A DNA stretch of 63,620 bases, counting the filler, from Rhabdomonas costata (taxonomy: Eukaryota): the NCBI GenBank assembly GCA_019059605.1. It is 42 parts of 42 records of this genome, joined end to end, with 100 filler letters (N's around TTAATTAATTAA, not from the genome) between each part and the next. Parts side by side here need not be neighbours in the genome. Positions count along the whole stretch, not along the records: positions 10,627 to 12,044 come from JAHMHO010016537.1; positions 12,145 to 13,560 come from JAHMHO010016538.1; positions 13,661 to 15,076 come from JAHMHO010016539.1; positions 15,177 to 16,593 come from JAHMHO010016540.1; positions 16,694 to 18,110 come from JAHMHO010016541.1; positions 18,211 to 19,627 come from JAHMHO010016542.1; positions 19,728 to 21,144 come from JAHMHO010016543.1; positions 21,245 to 22,662 come from JAHMHO010016544.1; 34 more parts are not named here. The stretch is one strand, 5' to 3'. Below are positions 11,872 through 23,833 of the stretch, in pieces. The first letter of the stretch is position 1. Every line of letters begins with the position of its first letter. A program made the translations under genes and the position numbers. The notes under the pieces were generated by a model. It was not told the origin of the DNA, did not search any database, and worked only from the letters and a program-made list of their open reading frames with translations.

Positions 11872-13660
11872 CTGTCCTCTCTAGTAAAAAAAAACAAAGA
11901 TCGGCAACTTCTGACTGCGGAGAGTCAATTGGGCGCTCTTCGCAGACAAGAGACTTTGGAAGCTATTGGTCACACATACGCGCGCGCGCGCGCGCACACA
12001 CACACACACACACAGCCACTAGCATGGAGGACGCAACACACACCNNNNNNNNNNNNNNNNNNNNNNNNNNNNNNNNNNNNNNNNNNNNTTAATTAATTAA
12101 NNNNNNNNNNNNNNNNNNNNNNNNNNNNNNNNNNNNNNNNNNNNGGTGTTGGGTGAGCCGGGGCGGAAACAAGACCCGGAGGTCAGAAAAAAAAAATAGG
12201 CCCAACTTTCTTCTATACCTACCACTCAGCCTGGGCATGGCCCTGGGACGATTCGCAGAGTATTGGAAGTCCAGGCAGGTCTCCTGCGGGTTTGCCTAGA
12301 ATAAAATATCGTGGGCAGTGGAACGTATTCTTTATGCCTCGAACGACTGTAGCTTGCCGGGTAAAACGCTCTTGCTCGGGCTTTGCGCATAAGCCATAAC
12401 GAGGCGGTGTGAAGGTTATGAGCACCTCCTCGAAGGTCTCGGTTATGTCGTAGAGGTTCCCTGCTAGCTTTCGATCTTTGGGCAGATGCTGGAACTGCTT
12501 GACAACATCATGATTACTCCTTACCTACTTCACATTCCTCTGTGCGAATGACTGAATGAGCTTTTGCTGCTGTTCTGCAACCCCCTTCCATGGTAGATAA
12601 AGAAACACTGTGCCGACGATTTCTGAATTAGGATGCTGCCAGAGAGACGAACCCGGTACAACAATCCCGAAGTTGATGAAAACTGAAAGCAATCAATTCG
12701 GACGGATGGGCACCAACGAAAGCCAGCTTCCAATTTGCGCTAAGAGTGCTACCACACAACCCTGCATTCAGGCAGACAGAGAAGCACCTACGCACCTGCG
12801 GTGGAGTAGGGATCGTGAACAAACCGAAGCTCCATAGATAAGGGCTGTTGAGTCGACGCGCAAAGGTCAAATAGGAGAGAGCTGTTACCCGGAATCGCAA
12901 ACCGCAAGCGTGTTGTGCACCGGACGACACCCGAGTGAGGAAGGAAGCGAAAACAGCCCCGGGCGGGAGGTTTTGGGACAGGAGAGCCACCAAGGGTAAC
13001 TTCATCATATAACAGACTTTCACCCTTTTTTACGGCACTGGTCTCGAAACTGTGACGTATGGATTGATGAGAAAAGCCATCGGTGGACAGTGTGACTTGG
13101 CAATGCATGGAAATGAACTTTGCGTCCCCATGACGTGGACTGAAACCTCGGTGCTCCATACTTTTAGATGCGTGCAAAAAGGAATGTTTCAGCAGGACTC
13201 ATTTTTTTGGGTTGCGATAGGTGTGGTTTGGCGTACTGCGTGCATTTTCAACACCCGTAACCGGTGACACACATTGATCTGTCGGTGCCTGATATCTAGT
13301 CTTTTATACAAGACATAAACTGAACATCGGAGTTAAATATAAACATCAACAAAAAGGTTAACATGACTCCTTTTTCGGAGTTTGCTGCTGGAAAAAAGAA
13401 AGAAGCGACCCATAAGACTGAAAAGTGAGTGCCCAGGCAGTTGTGGGACAGAAAGAGTCTTTCCATAAGAATATAGCCACCAAACAGACACAACTGTCCC
13501 TAAGTCAAAGAATAAAACCAATCTCTGGAGGTACCCGCAGAAGCCTGTTGCACACCACCCNNNNNNNNNNNNNNNNNNNNNNNNNNNNNNNNNNNNNNNN
13601 NNNNTTAATTAATTAANNNNNNNNNNNNNNNNNNNNNNNNNNNNNNNNNNNNNNNNNNNN

Positions 13661-15076
13661 CCACATCCGGGGTTTCACGCCGGATCCTCCGCACGGCTGG
13701 TTCCGAACGAGTGGCCACGAGAGGCTTTGGCGGTCCCTCCTGGGGTCCACCGGTAGTTCCCTTCTCCGGGGGTGCAGGAACCTTCTCCGGGGGTCCCAGT
13801 ACCTTGCCCTCCGGATGTTGAATCTGCCCTGAGTTGTGCCCAAAAACCACCCCGCTGCCGGCACCGCTAAGGTGTTGGGGCACATCATTCTTGGACAGGA
13901 TAGGATTGACCCACAGCCGGCTAGAGGGCTTGACGATCTCATAAAGCTCCGCTGTGAGTGCGCGAAAGGACGCGTTGGCGCACAAGCACACGCACACACA
14001 CACACACACTTCTTATTCCGAGCATACTGCCCCTAGAGGACAGGACTAAGGAAGGATGACGGAACCACAGCCTTGCAACTCAACTCCGGCTCCCAGAAGC
14101 ACGGTGCAGCACTGCGCGCGCTCCCATGGCAACGCCGACCAAACAATCGATTACCCTCATCTGTGGTGCCCAAGCAAACGGCAAGATACGGGTGCTGGGA
14201 GCACTTGAACGAAAATGGATGCGTCCATTGGCCGTACCTGCACTGGGGATGGGATGGGTAACCTTCACAAAGAAAGAATTGGGATTCGGGGAATTGGGTA
14301 CTGGCAAAACGGCATGTCCACTCTATGAAGCGAGTACCTGGCCCCGTTGTATTCGCCAGTACGGCCACCACAAAGAACCGGGAGGGGTTAATATCCAGGA
14401 TGTCCAGGAATATCTCGTCCATCTGGAGGGGAACCCATGCGAAAGCAAAAGAATTAAGTGTGCGTAGATTGCTCTTCACACATTAAGAGAGGTATACACA
14501 TGAACTCCTCTTTTATTAGGCAAAAAACAACATAATAGAATAGTGGGGCAGAAAAACGCTCCCTCCAGGGCGGCTGCAAAACAGAGCATTCCGAATGCGG
14601 TGCCAGCATGCATACTCAAGGAATGATCAACAGGCAGGCGCGCCAACGATTGGAAATACGACAAGTCGAAAAGGACCAACATGGATCCAACAGGATCACC
14701 CATAGAACGCTGCCAGTAAACTCGTAAACTCGACGTACGGACCATCGACCAGGCAAGCTTTGGTCATGACACCCGCGCAATGAACTCGCCCCAGCTTCAG
14801 CTTCGGTCCCAGAGGACCAGGGGAGAGAGCACTTGTTTCGGCTACCACTAGTGAACACCCTGCACCACCTGCAAGGCACGCCTGTCGCTGAAGAAACGGA
14901 GTGGGGAAATCGAAACGAAGGGGACGTGCCTTGGACCCCACCAGGTGGTGGCATAGTGACACCATCACCGATGGCTGCATCGACACAAAGCGGAAGTTGT
15001 TCAGGAACCCCAGGAAGATAGCCCACTGCGAAAAGGTCCACTCATCCATGTACCCCGAGTTGAAGATCTTCACCCA
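13661..15076 (-). CDS. Three-exon fragment, unknown protein
   Basis: Exons 15076-14963, 14422-14338 and 13951-13661 join by GT-AG in consistent phases (0, 1): ...WAIFLGFLNNFRFVSMQPSVM-MDEIFLDILDINPSRFFVVAVLANTTGP-AELYEIVKP... Confidence 0.6.
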
Positions 15077-15370
15077 NNNNNNNNNNNNNNNNNNNNNNNN
15101 NNNNNNNNNNNNNNNNNNNNTTAATTAATTAANNNNNNNNNNNNNNNNNNNNNNNNNNNNNNNNNNNNNNNNNNNNCCACTCCGAGTAGCGGGGGTTGGG
15201 TTGGACGGTCCGCTCTCCCCAGAAGCAGGCCCAAATTCATACACTCCATTTCTTTAGTGTGTTTTGGTTAAGCAGACGTAATGTTCGCATCAGTTTCATC
15301 CCCGACTTTTGCCCTCATGCAAAATAGTTTTTGGTGGGGCCAAACACCCATGTTTATTTTGGACCCACAG

Positions 15371-16324
15371 CTACGTGGAGTACCGAGACAAGTTCAGCTG
15401 CGCCCAGGCCGAGGCTCAGCGCCTGAGGCAGGCGGGCGCTGACCTGGTGATTGCGCTGACCCACCAAAGGGAGGCCAACGACCGGGACTTGCTGCGGCGG
15501 GTTCCGGAGATCGACCTGGCGCTTGGGGGGCACGACCACTACCCGCTGCACGTGGTGGAGGCAGGCACGACGCTGGTGAAGAGCGGGGCGGACTGCCGGT
15601 CGACGAGCTTTGTCGACGTCTGGGGATCGGCTGATCCCGGGGGCAAGCCGGAGGTGCGGGTGGAACTCATTGAGCTCACTTCCGCTGTGGCTGAAGGTGT
15701 GTTTGGTCTTCAATTTCGCTTCTCCCATTTTTTTCCTGTGTTGTTTTGTCAGGCCACGTCCGCCCCTGGGTCTCACATTCTTCATGAATTTTATGAGTAT
15801 TCGAATCATCGCCGCGATTTTTTTTTACCCAGAACTTTTACGCAGTATAGTCCAATGGGTTTGCAGCTGAGGGAAGATAGATACGTCTTGTCTTTAGGTT
15901 TGTGTTTATGGCTCCGTGTGTGAGGGTCTGTGTTTCTGGTGGTTAGTTTGGGATACTCGTGACGGCAAACGACGTGACGTTTCCCTCCCTATGACCATCA
16001 ATGTAATTGTTTCCTGTGGTGATCTTGTTTGCACTGTAATCCTGATTACCCCTGCCCGAAAGACCGTTGCCCCCCCCCTTGATATGCTGTTATCTCTTTT
16101 GGCAGCAGAACTATCGCTCCTGCTGCAATTCTTACCTTTGACCGTGCCACGTGTCTTCCTCAAGTGTGCATATGGGATCACAGATCCGGGAATGAAGCAG
16201 GTTTTGGAGTCCTTTGAGGACCTCCTGGGAGAGAAGCTTTCCGTCCCGGTGTGCCACATCCCCGAGGATCTGGACGTCTACACGGCGACTGTACGGACCA
16301 GGGAATCTTCGGTGGGAAACTTAG
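15371..16324 (+). CDS. 5'-nucleotidase/apyrase-family metallophosphoesterase, 2 exons
   Basis: Exon 15371-15696 has GADLVIALTH, DLALGGHDH and VKSGAD. Exon 16184-16324 has VRTRESSVGNL. The join is phase 1, GT-AG. Confidence 0.9.
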
Positions 16325-16785
16325 GTGAGATATCCCATCCCTTCTTGTCTTCGCGCGCGCTTGCGTGTGTGGAAATATGTGTGAGATATCCCATCCCTCT
16401 CTGTCTCACTTATGCATTTCATACACGCAGTTTTCGGATAATACGTTTTGACTATGTCGTGATTTGTGGCTATCGGACACATGCACTGCGACCGCACACG
16501 AAGGCGAAGCACACGCCCTGGTACGCCCGGTTCCTACTCTACTCTTTGGCTTCGTGTGCGGTCGCAGTGCATGTGTCCGATAGCCCCAAACCANNNNNNN
16601 NNNNNNNNNNNNNNNNNNNNNNNNNNNNNNNNNNNNNTTAATTAATTAANNNNNNNNNNNNNNNNNNNNNNNNNNNNNNNNNNNNNNNNNNNNGGTGTGG
16701 GGGGGGCGGGAGGACAGCAAATTCAAACAGCAGAAGAAGTAAACTGGAAAAAGAAGGTTACTCCGTTTTCGGAAGAGACATTGAC

Positions 16786-17171
16786 CTGCGCTTCTGCTGC
16801 TTCCACGCATATCGCAATGCGGTCAGACTCTTCGCGCAAACGCAGAGCCTGCAAAGAAAGAGTTAAGACAGAATGCCTTTCAGCGAAACATCGGTTGCGC
16901 TAGCAAGCAGCACCAACCCACAAAGGTCGCACGCCGGGTCGAAGCCAAGAAAAACAAACACACTACTATTCAACACTCGTTTCTTCTTCCTTTTTTCTGC
17001 TATTTTCTGCTCGACGTGCTCAAATTTGGACTCATCAAAAATAGCAAAAATAGCACTCAATTTCATGGACACCTTATCCCACACCTACACAGAACCCGTC
17101 TTCAAGGAGAAACATCGCACAGACCTGAAGCTCGAAGCCAAACTCACATGATCCTTGGGCGGCGAGCAGCT
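16786..17171 (-). CDS. Three short exons, unknown helical protein
   Basis: Exons 17171-17125, 17084-16977 and 16848-16786 join in phase 0 (ELLAAQGSCEFGFELQ-VWDKVSMK...KKKR-ALRLREESDRIAICVEAAEQ-like). One intron is 40 nt. Confidence 0.5.
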
Positions 17172-18285
17172 CTGCGTTTTGTGGGGGGAGCCCACCAGCA
17201 ACATAGAAAATACATGAGGCACCAACGCATGAAGAGGTGGAATTGTGAAATCTTCGTACGGGGAGATAAGGTGAGAAAACGGTGTAGAGAGGGACGTCTT
17301 TTGCGACAATTCCAACGGAGAGAATTCAGCACAACTCAGCTCAAGTTGGAGCATCAAAGCGAAAATGCATCGCGCGTCATACGTAATACGTTCAGATTGA
17401 CTGCCGTGGACAAATCGCTTGCAATGAAAAATAATCCTAGCTCTCATCCTTTTTTCGCCCAACACGAACCCCCCCACACACACACCGACCACACAGGAAG
17501 GATTTCACACCTCAGCAATAATTTTTTGCTCCAAAGCATCGCACTCCACAAGCTGCTGGCGAAGCATCAGCACCTTAAAAAATGGCGGAGAAAAAGTCGG
17601 GGGCCAAAACTTCTTGACAACCATTCGCTAAACGCCCTCGCACATCCAAACATTCGGACCGAAGCAAAACAGTGATGTCCTGTTATGGTTCCAGTAGTAG
17701 CCCCAATCTTCGCAATTAAGGAAATGGGTGAAAATCCATACACTGAGGCAAGTGGGCCAAGTCGAAGCAAGGTTGAAAGCTCATCGCTGTGCAACAAAGG
17801 CATCGTATGAGGGAGGAACTGTTCCCTTCCAAACAAACAACGGTGCCCAAGCAGTGTTCACACCTCTTCAGTGATGGCTTTCTCGCGGGCGGCCGTCTCA
17901 GATAGCTCACATTGAAGACGTTCAACCTGAGTGTGTGCAGATGGAACGACAAGGGAACACATAATTGAAACAGCTATCACATTTCAACTTCTCTAATTCC
18001 TTCGATTCCTGCCTTCGAATCAAACGGGCTATGCAAGCAAGAAGACCGCGCATAGGAGGCGCTTTCCATTCGCTTCAAACTCACTGCCCCCCCCCCTCCC
18101 CAAGAAGAACNNNNNNNNNNNNNNNNNNNNNNNNNNNNNNNNNNNNNNNNNNNNTTAATTAATTAANNNNNNNNNNNNNNNNNNNNNNNNNNNNNNNNNN
18201 NNNNNNNNNNGGATCTTCTCCAATTTCTGCAATTCGATCGAAAGTGGGCAGGTGGAGTTTGCGAGCAGAGCGCGGGAGCGCGTGC

Positions 18286-18912
18286 CTGCAGTGCCCCGGA
18301 TCTGTCAGTAAGCATGCGCGGCCGCCCGTTGGTGCACCCGTAGCTGAGCTCTGTGCAGCTCGGGCCAGCCCAGTCGGGCTCGCACACGCACATCAGCGAG
18401 CTGACATTGCACGCGCCGTTGACGCAGTCCCCGCACAGCGGGGGCATCGCTGCAGGTGCGTGTGCAATTCCCAGAGCTGGATCCCAAGGCAAAACTTACC
18501 GGTGTGCCACAAGAAACATTTTTTTGATCGGAACTCAGCAATGTCGCGAGCAACAAAGCAAGACCGAAACCGCAACCCACGAAGACGCATATCCGTACGT
18601 GAACCTGCCTTGGGAGAGAATACACAGACCCACCGAAACACCTTCGGGATAGAAAGACACCAACACCACACATTGTAACACATTGGCTCTGCAAAGCCAT
18701 GCAGCGCGTGAAAGCAGTGCAGTGCAGCGCCCAAGGAGCCACGAAGCCACGACACCGAAGAAGAACGATCCACGAGCTGAAAGTGTGCGCGTGCAAACCA
18801 CCCAGGCAGCAGTCGCTCCGGGTACAGCCTTGGGCAGAGCACATCGTCGCGTTGAAAGGCTTGTTTTCGCCCTTGGGGCAGCTGACGTTCAGGCAAGGGA
18901 AAATCGGGTTGG
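18286..18912 (-). CDS. Cys-rich extracellular protein: Cys repeat + EGF-like + start of CUB-like domain
   Basis: Exon 18912-18802 reads CLNVSCPKG...CSAQGCTRSDCC. Exon 18449-18286 reads CGDCVNGACNVSSLMCVCEPDWAGPSC...CTNGRPRMLTDRSGALQ. Phase 1 join; ends at CAG|GCACGC. Confidence 0.7.
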
Positions 18913-19149
18913 CTGTGAGGGATTCACATACAGGCCCGGACAACCGCGAAGAAGCAAGCGTGGGCTAAAGGCAGGTGCTCTGGAGGTTGTGTGTGTGTGC
19001 GTGCGTGGGAGTGGTAGCGGTTACCAGTGATAACTTTCTTCTATTGGAGCCTATTTTAAGTCCTTAAAGACACCTCCCCCCGGGTGACCTTCTCGCCCCA
19101 AACACTCCAGACCTCCGCGGACTGGGCTTCGCCCCTAACCCAATGATCC

Positions 19150-19560
19150 AAACTCAGAGCCGATGGTAACGGGAACACCTTCCATGGGGCCCATTGGTCC
19201 AAAAAACGCTTAATTAGGTGGACTCACTAAAGCTGCAAAACTAATCTGCTCTGACGCTTGCCTGCACTCTAAACAGAGAACCAACTACTTAGCTTCTCAA
19301 CAACACTGCATAATGCTGTCTTGGGGTTTCCGGTGCACTCACGCACTCACGCTTACCCTAAAGGCCGTAGCCAGCTTTTACTTTGCATTGCTTCCTCCCT
19401 GGCCTTTTTGATCACAGAAAGGAAAAGCGAAAGGAAAGCCTACAAGGAGGCGGTAGGTATGTGCAGGGCACACAACGCACCCACAAGGCTGTATTCCATC
19501 GTGGAGAAAACCCCGCTCAGTGGGTTGATGCCCCCGGTCGTTACGAGGTTGGCACCGACA
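19150..19560 (-). pseudogene. Possible decayed tyrosine recombinase of a YR retroelement
   Basis: A stop-interrupted frame (STMEYSLVGALCALH...IKKAREEAMQSKSWLRP...SWFSV*SAGK...FLDQ) follows YR motif order. Recognised by eye only. Confidence 0.25.
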
Positions 19561-19782
19561 CGGGCTACTATAAAAGAGGACAGAGGGCTAGGAAACAAAT
19601 CTGGGAAGGACTCCCACAGCACCCCACNNNNNNNNNNNNNNNNNNNNNNNNNNNNNNNNNNNNNNNNNNNNTTAATTAATTAANNNNNNNNNNNNNNNNN
19701 NNNNNNNNNNNNNNNNNNNNNNNNNNNTGTTGGGTTTCACTGAGGGGTTAGAAGGCCATTTCGCAATATGGGGGACCTTTAA

Positions 19783-20223
19783 GTGAGGATCTCGGGAGTG
19801 GCGGAGTTCCCGAACCCCTTTCTTCAGGAGCCTCTCAACGAATCCCTGGGGCCATGCACTTTGAGAAGCGAGAGCACGCCCTCTCAGCGCAGCACCCTAA
19901 AGAAGCGAATTAGCCTTCTCGGCACCTCCGAGGTCGACAGCCTGGCAACCTTCTCCCTGGGGTACCGATCCTCCGCCTCCGCGAGAGGGGAGGTGAATAG
20001 TTGTGGGGCCTCGTTCACCCTCACCACCGCCCGCTGCTCTCGAGCTGAGGACATTCACGTCAGCTTTGGAGCCACCGTTGTGATTGGGGAGGCCGCAATT
20101 GTTCCCGAATCTGCCCCCCTTTCTCCCCTTCAAACCTCTTCGGCGGGATCTCCTCGGAAGAGGTCTGATTTTTTCAGTCACCCATCCATCGCCAGCGTAA
20201 GCGTGAGAGTTTTTCAGATGTAA
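19783..20223 (+). CDS. Ser-rich, probably disordered C-terminal coding segment, unknown
   Basis: A 146-codon GC-rich open frame ends in TAA and is followed by AT-rich UTR-like sequence. Confidence 0.3.
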   Translation: MRISGVAEFPNPFLQEPLNESLGPCTLRSESTPSQRSTLKKRISLLGTSEVDSLATFSLGYRSSASARGEVNSCGASFTLTTARCSRAEDIHVSFGATVVIGEAAIVPESAPLSPLQTSSAGSPRKRSDFFSHPSIASVSVRVFQM

Positions 20224-21244
20224 AGAGGAGGGTGGGGATATGATATGAAGGAGGGGATATGATATTCCCAAGGAAAATAGTCTGCTGTGGAATTTTTGTT
20301 GAAATGTTGCATTTGAATAGTTGTTGGTTGTTGGCAACTGGGATCGTTGCAAACGGAGCACCGAGAAGGTGACAAAGTGATATTGTTTTCTCTCAGGACG
20401 TGCGACTTTGTCGGGTGTTTCAGGGGAATTTTTTTTTGCATTTTTTTTGGACATTAAAACGACCTTGTACATCTCGCCTTTTCGCCTTTGAGGACACGTG
20501 GTCAATTTTTTGCGCAAATGTCGTCTCACATATGTATGTACGGTGAGGTAATGCTAAGCTACTTTTCCGCTCCCGGCTTCTTTCCTTCTTTCTCGGCAAA
20601 CCTTACCAGTCCATTCCTTGTTCTTTCAGGCGCCTTGTGGGTGGAACTGGAGCCGTGGTCCCAGCTCGGGAGATCGATCTTACCCAAAAACATGGACGCT
20701 CCCCGGAACCGAAACGTTCGGGGAAGCGGCCGCCTGTGCTGACACGCCTCTTTGCCTGCCTGCGTGCTTCTACTCAGTCCCAGGCTCACCCGGCCACATC
20801 CAACCCATGAGAATGACGTGTACTTCAGATTGGATTGCGCGTTTGTGTGTGTGTGTGTGTGTGGAACCCGCCTGGAGGAAAACCACGAACGAACCCGTGC
20901 CTTGTGCAAATAGTGTGTGTTTGCGTGGTTGATTTGTGCGCGAAGCGCTTCCCGTGTAATGGGTGCACCGAGCGTGCCCCGAGGTCGTGTTCGCGCCGAT
21001 AGAATGATGAGTAGGTGCTGGTTTGGTGTTCTCTTCACCTCCAGATTCCTGGCCTGTAGGAGCGTTTCCGTTCTACCCCGAGCCTTGACTTGTGTGAATG
21101 CCCTCGTGAGGATTTGTTTCCAGTGCTTCTCTGCTCCCGTGCTTNNNNNNNNNNNNNNNNNNNNNNNNNNNNNNNNNNNNNNNNNNNNTTAATTAATTAA
21201 NNNNNNNNNNNNNNNNNNNNNNNNNNNNNNNNNNNNNNNNNNNN

Positions 21245-22379
21245 AAGATCCAGAGTTCCCGAAGTACGACAGGAACCCAGCTAATTTCCTACCGTGGCTT
21301 GTGTCGGTAGAAGACCTGAAGGACTTTCGCAGGCTTCCAGATCAAGTTGCGATCATTTATGCCACAGGTGCGTTGGGTGCACATTCCAGAGGAATTGTTG
21401 CGCCAGGTCAAGCCTTTACAGACTGGAAAGAGTTTGTAGCAACGTTGAAGAGGCGGTTGTGTGCACAGGCGTGTGACTACAACGTAGTGTTGAGGTTGGA
21501 GCAAATGAAGATGTCGGAGGGGAATTTCCAATTCTACCATCAGCAGTTTGTGAACGGGATTAATCTGTTGAAGGGACGAAGTTTGACAACGAAACTCTTT
21601 TGCAGTATCTGTTTATCAGAGGTTTGGAAGGGGACATCCAGGCCAAAGTGATGGCGAAGAGTCCACGGACCCTTACAGAGGCAAAGGATAAGGCCTGGGA
21701 GTATTTCAAAAAGCCGAGACCCCATCCACAGGTGATTGCGGCGGTTCCAGACAACACTGTCCAGAGAGGAATCGCGGCGGGTGGTGCGGCAATGGATTGG
21801 GTACACTCATTTCTCGGGGAGTACGGCCTTTCTAACATCTACAGAGATCCACAGTTTCTAGAGGTGTGGTTAACGTAAGTGCAGAGAAGTGCAAATTTGT
21901 TCGAAATGGCGACACCGCCAACGTTAGCAGCCACAGTTCCGGAGAGTTCTGTTATGTTTTCCGCCCCTCCACAGCCACAATTTAATGCGACGCGTACGCC
22001 TTCTTCAGAGAGGAGGGTGACTCCATCCAGAGGAATGTTCAGAGGTCGAGGATACGCGGGAAGAGGAGTCCGAGGTTACAGATCACCTTCACCGCCTAGA
22101 AGCGGTAGACCCAAAATTCCCTCGTTTCCCAGGAGTGGAGATGTCTCCCCGCCTCGACCCCCAAGCCCGACTCCACATGGAGCAGGCAGCAATCACCTTT
22201 TCCGAGTTCAAGTTTGGAGAACGCGAAGACGCAGGTCCCTTCAAGAGTGTGTATGTATTGTGGAAGTACGAGCCACTTTTATAGGGATTGCGAATTGGCT
22301 AAGACGGAGTTGGTTCAGAGAAGTTTGCCGAAGGTGTCAGTTGGAGAATTTCAGAAGAGTGTAGATCAGTCAAACTAGA
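21245..22379 (+). mobile_element. Decayed Ty3/Gypsy-like retrotransposon gag with CCHC zinc knuckle
   Basis: Intronless. Capsid-like FPKYDRNPANFLPWL...WKEFVATLKRRL...FIRGLEGDIQAKVMAKSPRTLTEA. Knuckle CMYCGSTSHFYRDC at 22250-22291. Frameshifts near 21573 and ~22180, in-frame TAA at 21876-21878. Confidence 0.8.
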
Positions 22380-23260
22380 GGGGGAAGGAGACAGGGCCAC
22401 TCCCGCCAAACCAAAGAGGCACACTTCGTCCACAGTCAGGACGCCACCCAGCGCAAGTGTTGTGCAGAGATCTCCAGGCACATTCCCGCTAAGAATTTTG
22501 CAGAGACCACCAGAGCGCAGAAGGAGAAATCTCCTTGAGTTGACGGTGCTCCCACAGCAAAAGGATTACGGAGTGGAGCGGATCGAGTGGGCTACGCGTG
22601 GAAGTAAAAGAGCCACGGAATTGGTCAGAACCCGCCGTGCGTTCAGACAAGCGGCGGGTGATNNNNNNNNNNNNNNNNNNNNNNNNNNNNNNNNNNNNNN
22701 NNNNNNTTAATTAATTAANNNNNNNNNNNNNNNNNNNNNNNNNNNNNNNNNNNNNNNNNNNNGTGGTGTTTGTATCCTTCGCTTCACCCGGAAGCATCAT
22801 GACAGACTCAAGGGGGGGGGTCCTCATTACAATCTATCCGCAAATATTCCTTTTCACTGAATAACCCGTTCACAGGGTAATCTGGTTTCAGAATTCATTA
22901 TTCCGATGCACCTCCGAGCGTAATCGGCCAGAAGACTAAGTCCAGATGTAGCAGGACATTAGACGAGGGGTGGCGGGATTTTTGATGTGGACCGTCGCGC
23001 CAATCACGCGATCACACCACCTGAGACTACGACCCTCAAAAGACGCGCGTCAGAATTAGTTGCCACTGTTTTTCTGCATTGCCAGCTCAGCCAAAAAGTG
23101 AGTAAAATGGGTCCAGTTTGTCTCTCCGATCTGGCTGCAGCCATGTCTCTTGAATACCACAACAACACCCGGAAGACGTCCACTGATGTCTGGAAAGAAG
23201 AAATCACCGTTTGCGAAGCGAGTACATGCCCCACAGTGTGGATCGACACCGACCCCTGCT

Positions 23261-23833
23261 TTAGCCCTTCTTCGCTTGTCTCCGCGGCCGAAGAAGCTTC
23301 TTCTTTCGCTTTGCAGCTGGCTTGGTCGCGGTTGCGGCCGTATCAGAGCCGGTGTGCGGTGGCCTGGTAGCAGGGGCCCGGGAGCGGGGCGCCCTGAAGG
23401 CGCTGCCGTACAACAGAGCCCCAAGCTGTGAGATGCCCCCACTGGGAGGCTGGCTCTGCGGGGCTGCCGCCCCACTTGCGGTAGCGGTCGCAGAGGAGGA
23501 CTGGCCGACGAGCTTCTCCAGAGCCTAGGCGGGAGTGAGGCGGGTAATTGGACACGCCACGGAACCATATTACTTTGTCATAAAGCCACAAGGACGGAAA
23601 TTTGGCGCATGCATACGTGCTTGCAATTCATTGCAATGAATATTTGGTTCATTTGTTCATTTTGTTTCAGTTTGAGAGAGGGAGTCCTGCAGAGAGGCGA
23701 AAAAGAAGATCGCTTACCTTTCTCATGTGCACGGACTGCTTGAAGTCCTGCATCGCGAGGTGGACGCTGGTGGTCTGGCTGAAAAACGGGGTCATCGGGG
23801 AGGACTCCTTCAGGAACTTGTGGTACGGGTTGC
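23261..23833 (-). CDS. Last two exons of an unknown protein with a basic NLS-like tail
   Basis: Exons 23833-23718 (NPYHKFLKESSPMTPFFSQTTSVHLAMQDFKQSVHMRK|GTAAGC) and 23524-23261 (ALEKLVG...KRKKKLLRPRRQAKKG*) join in phase 0. Confidence 0.65.
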
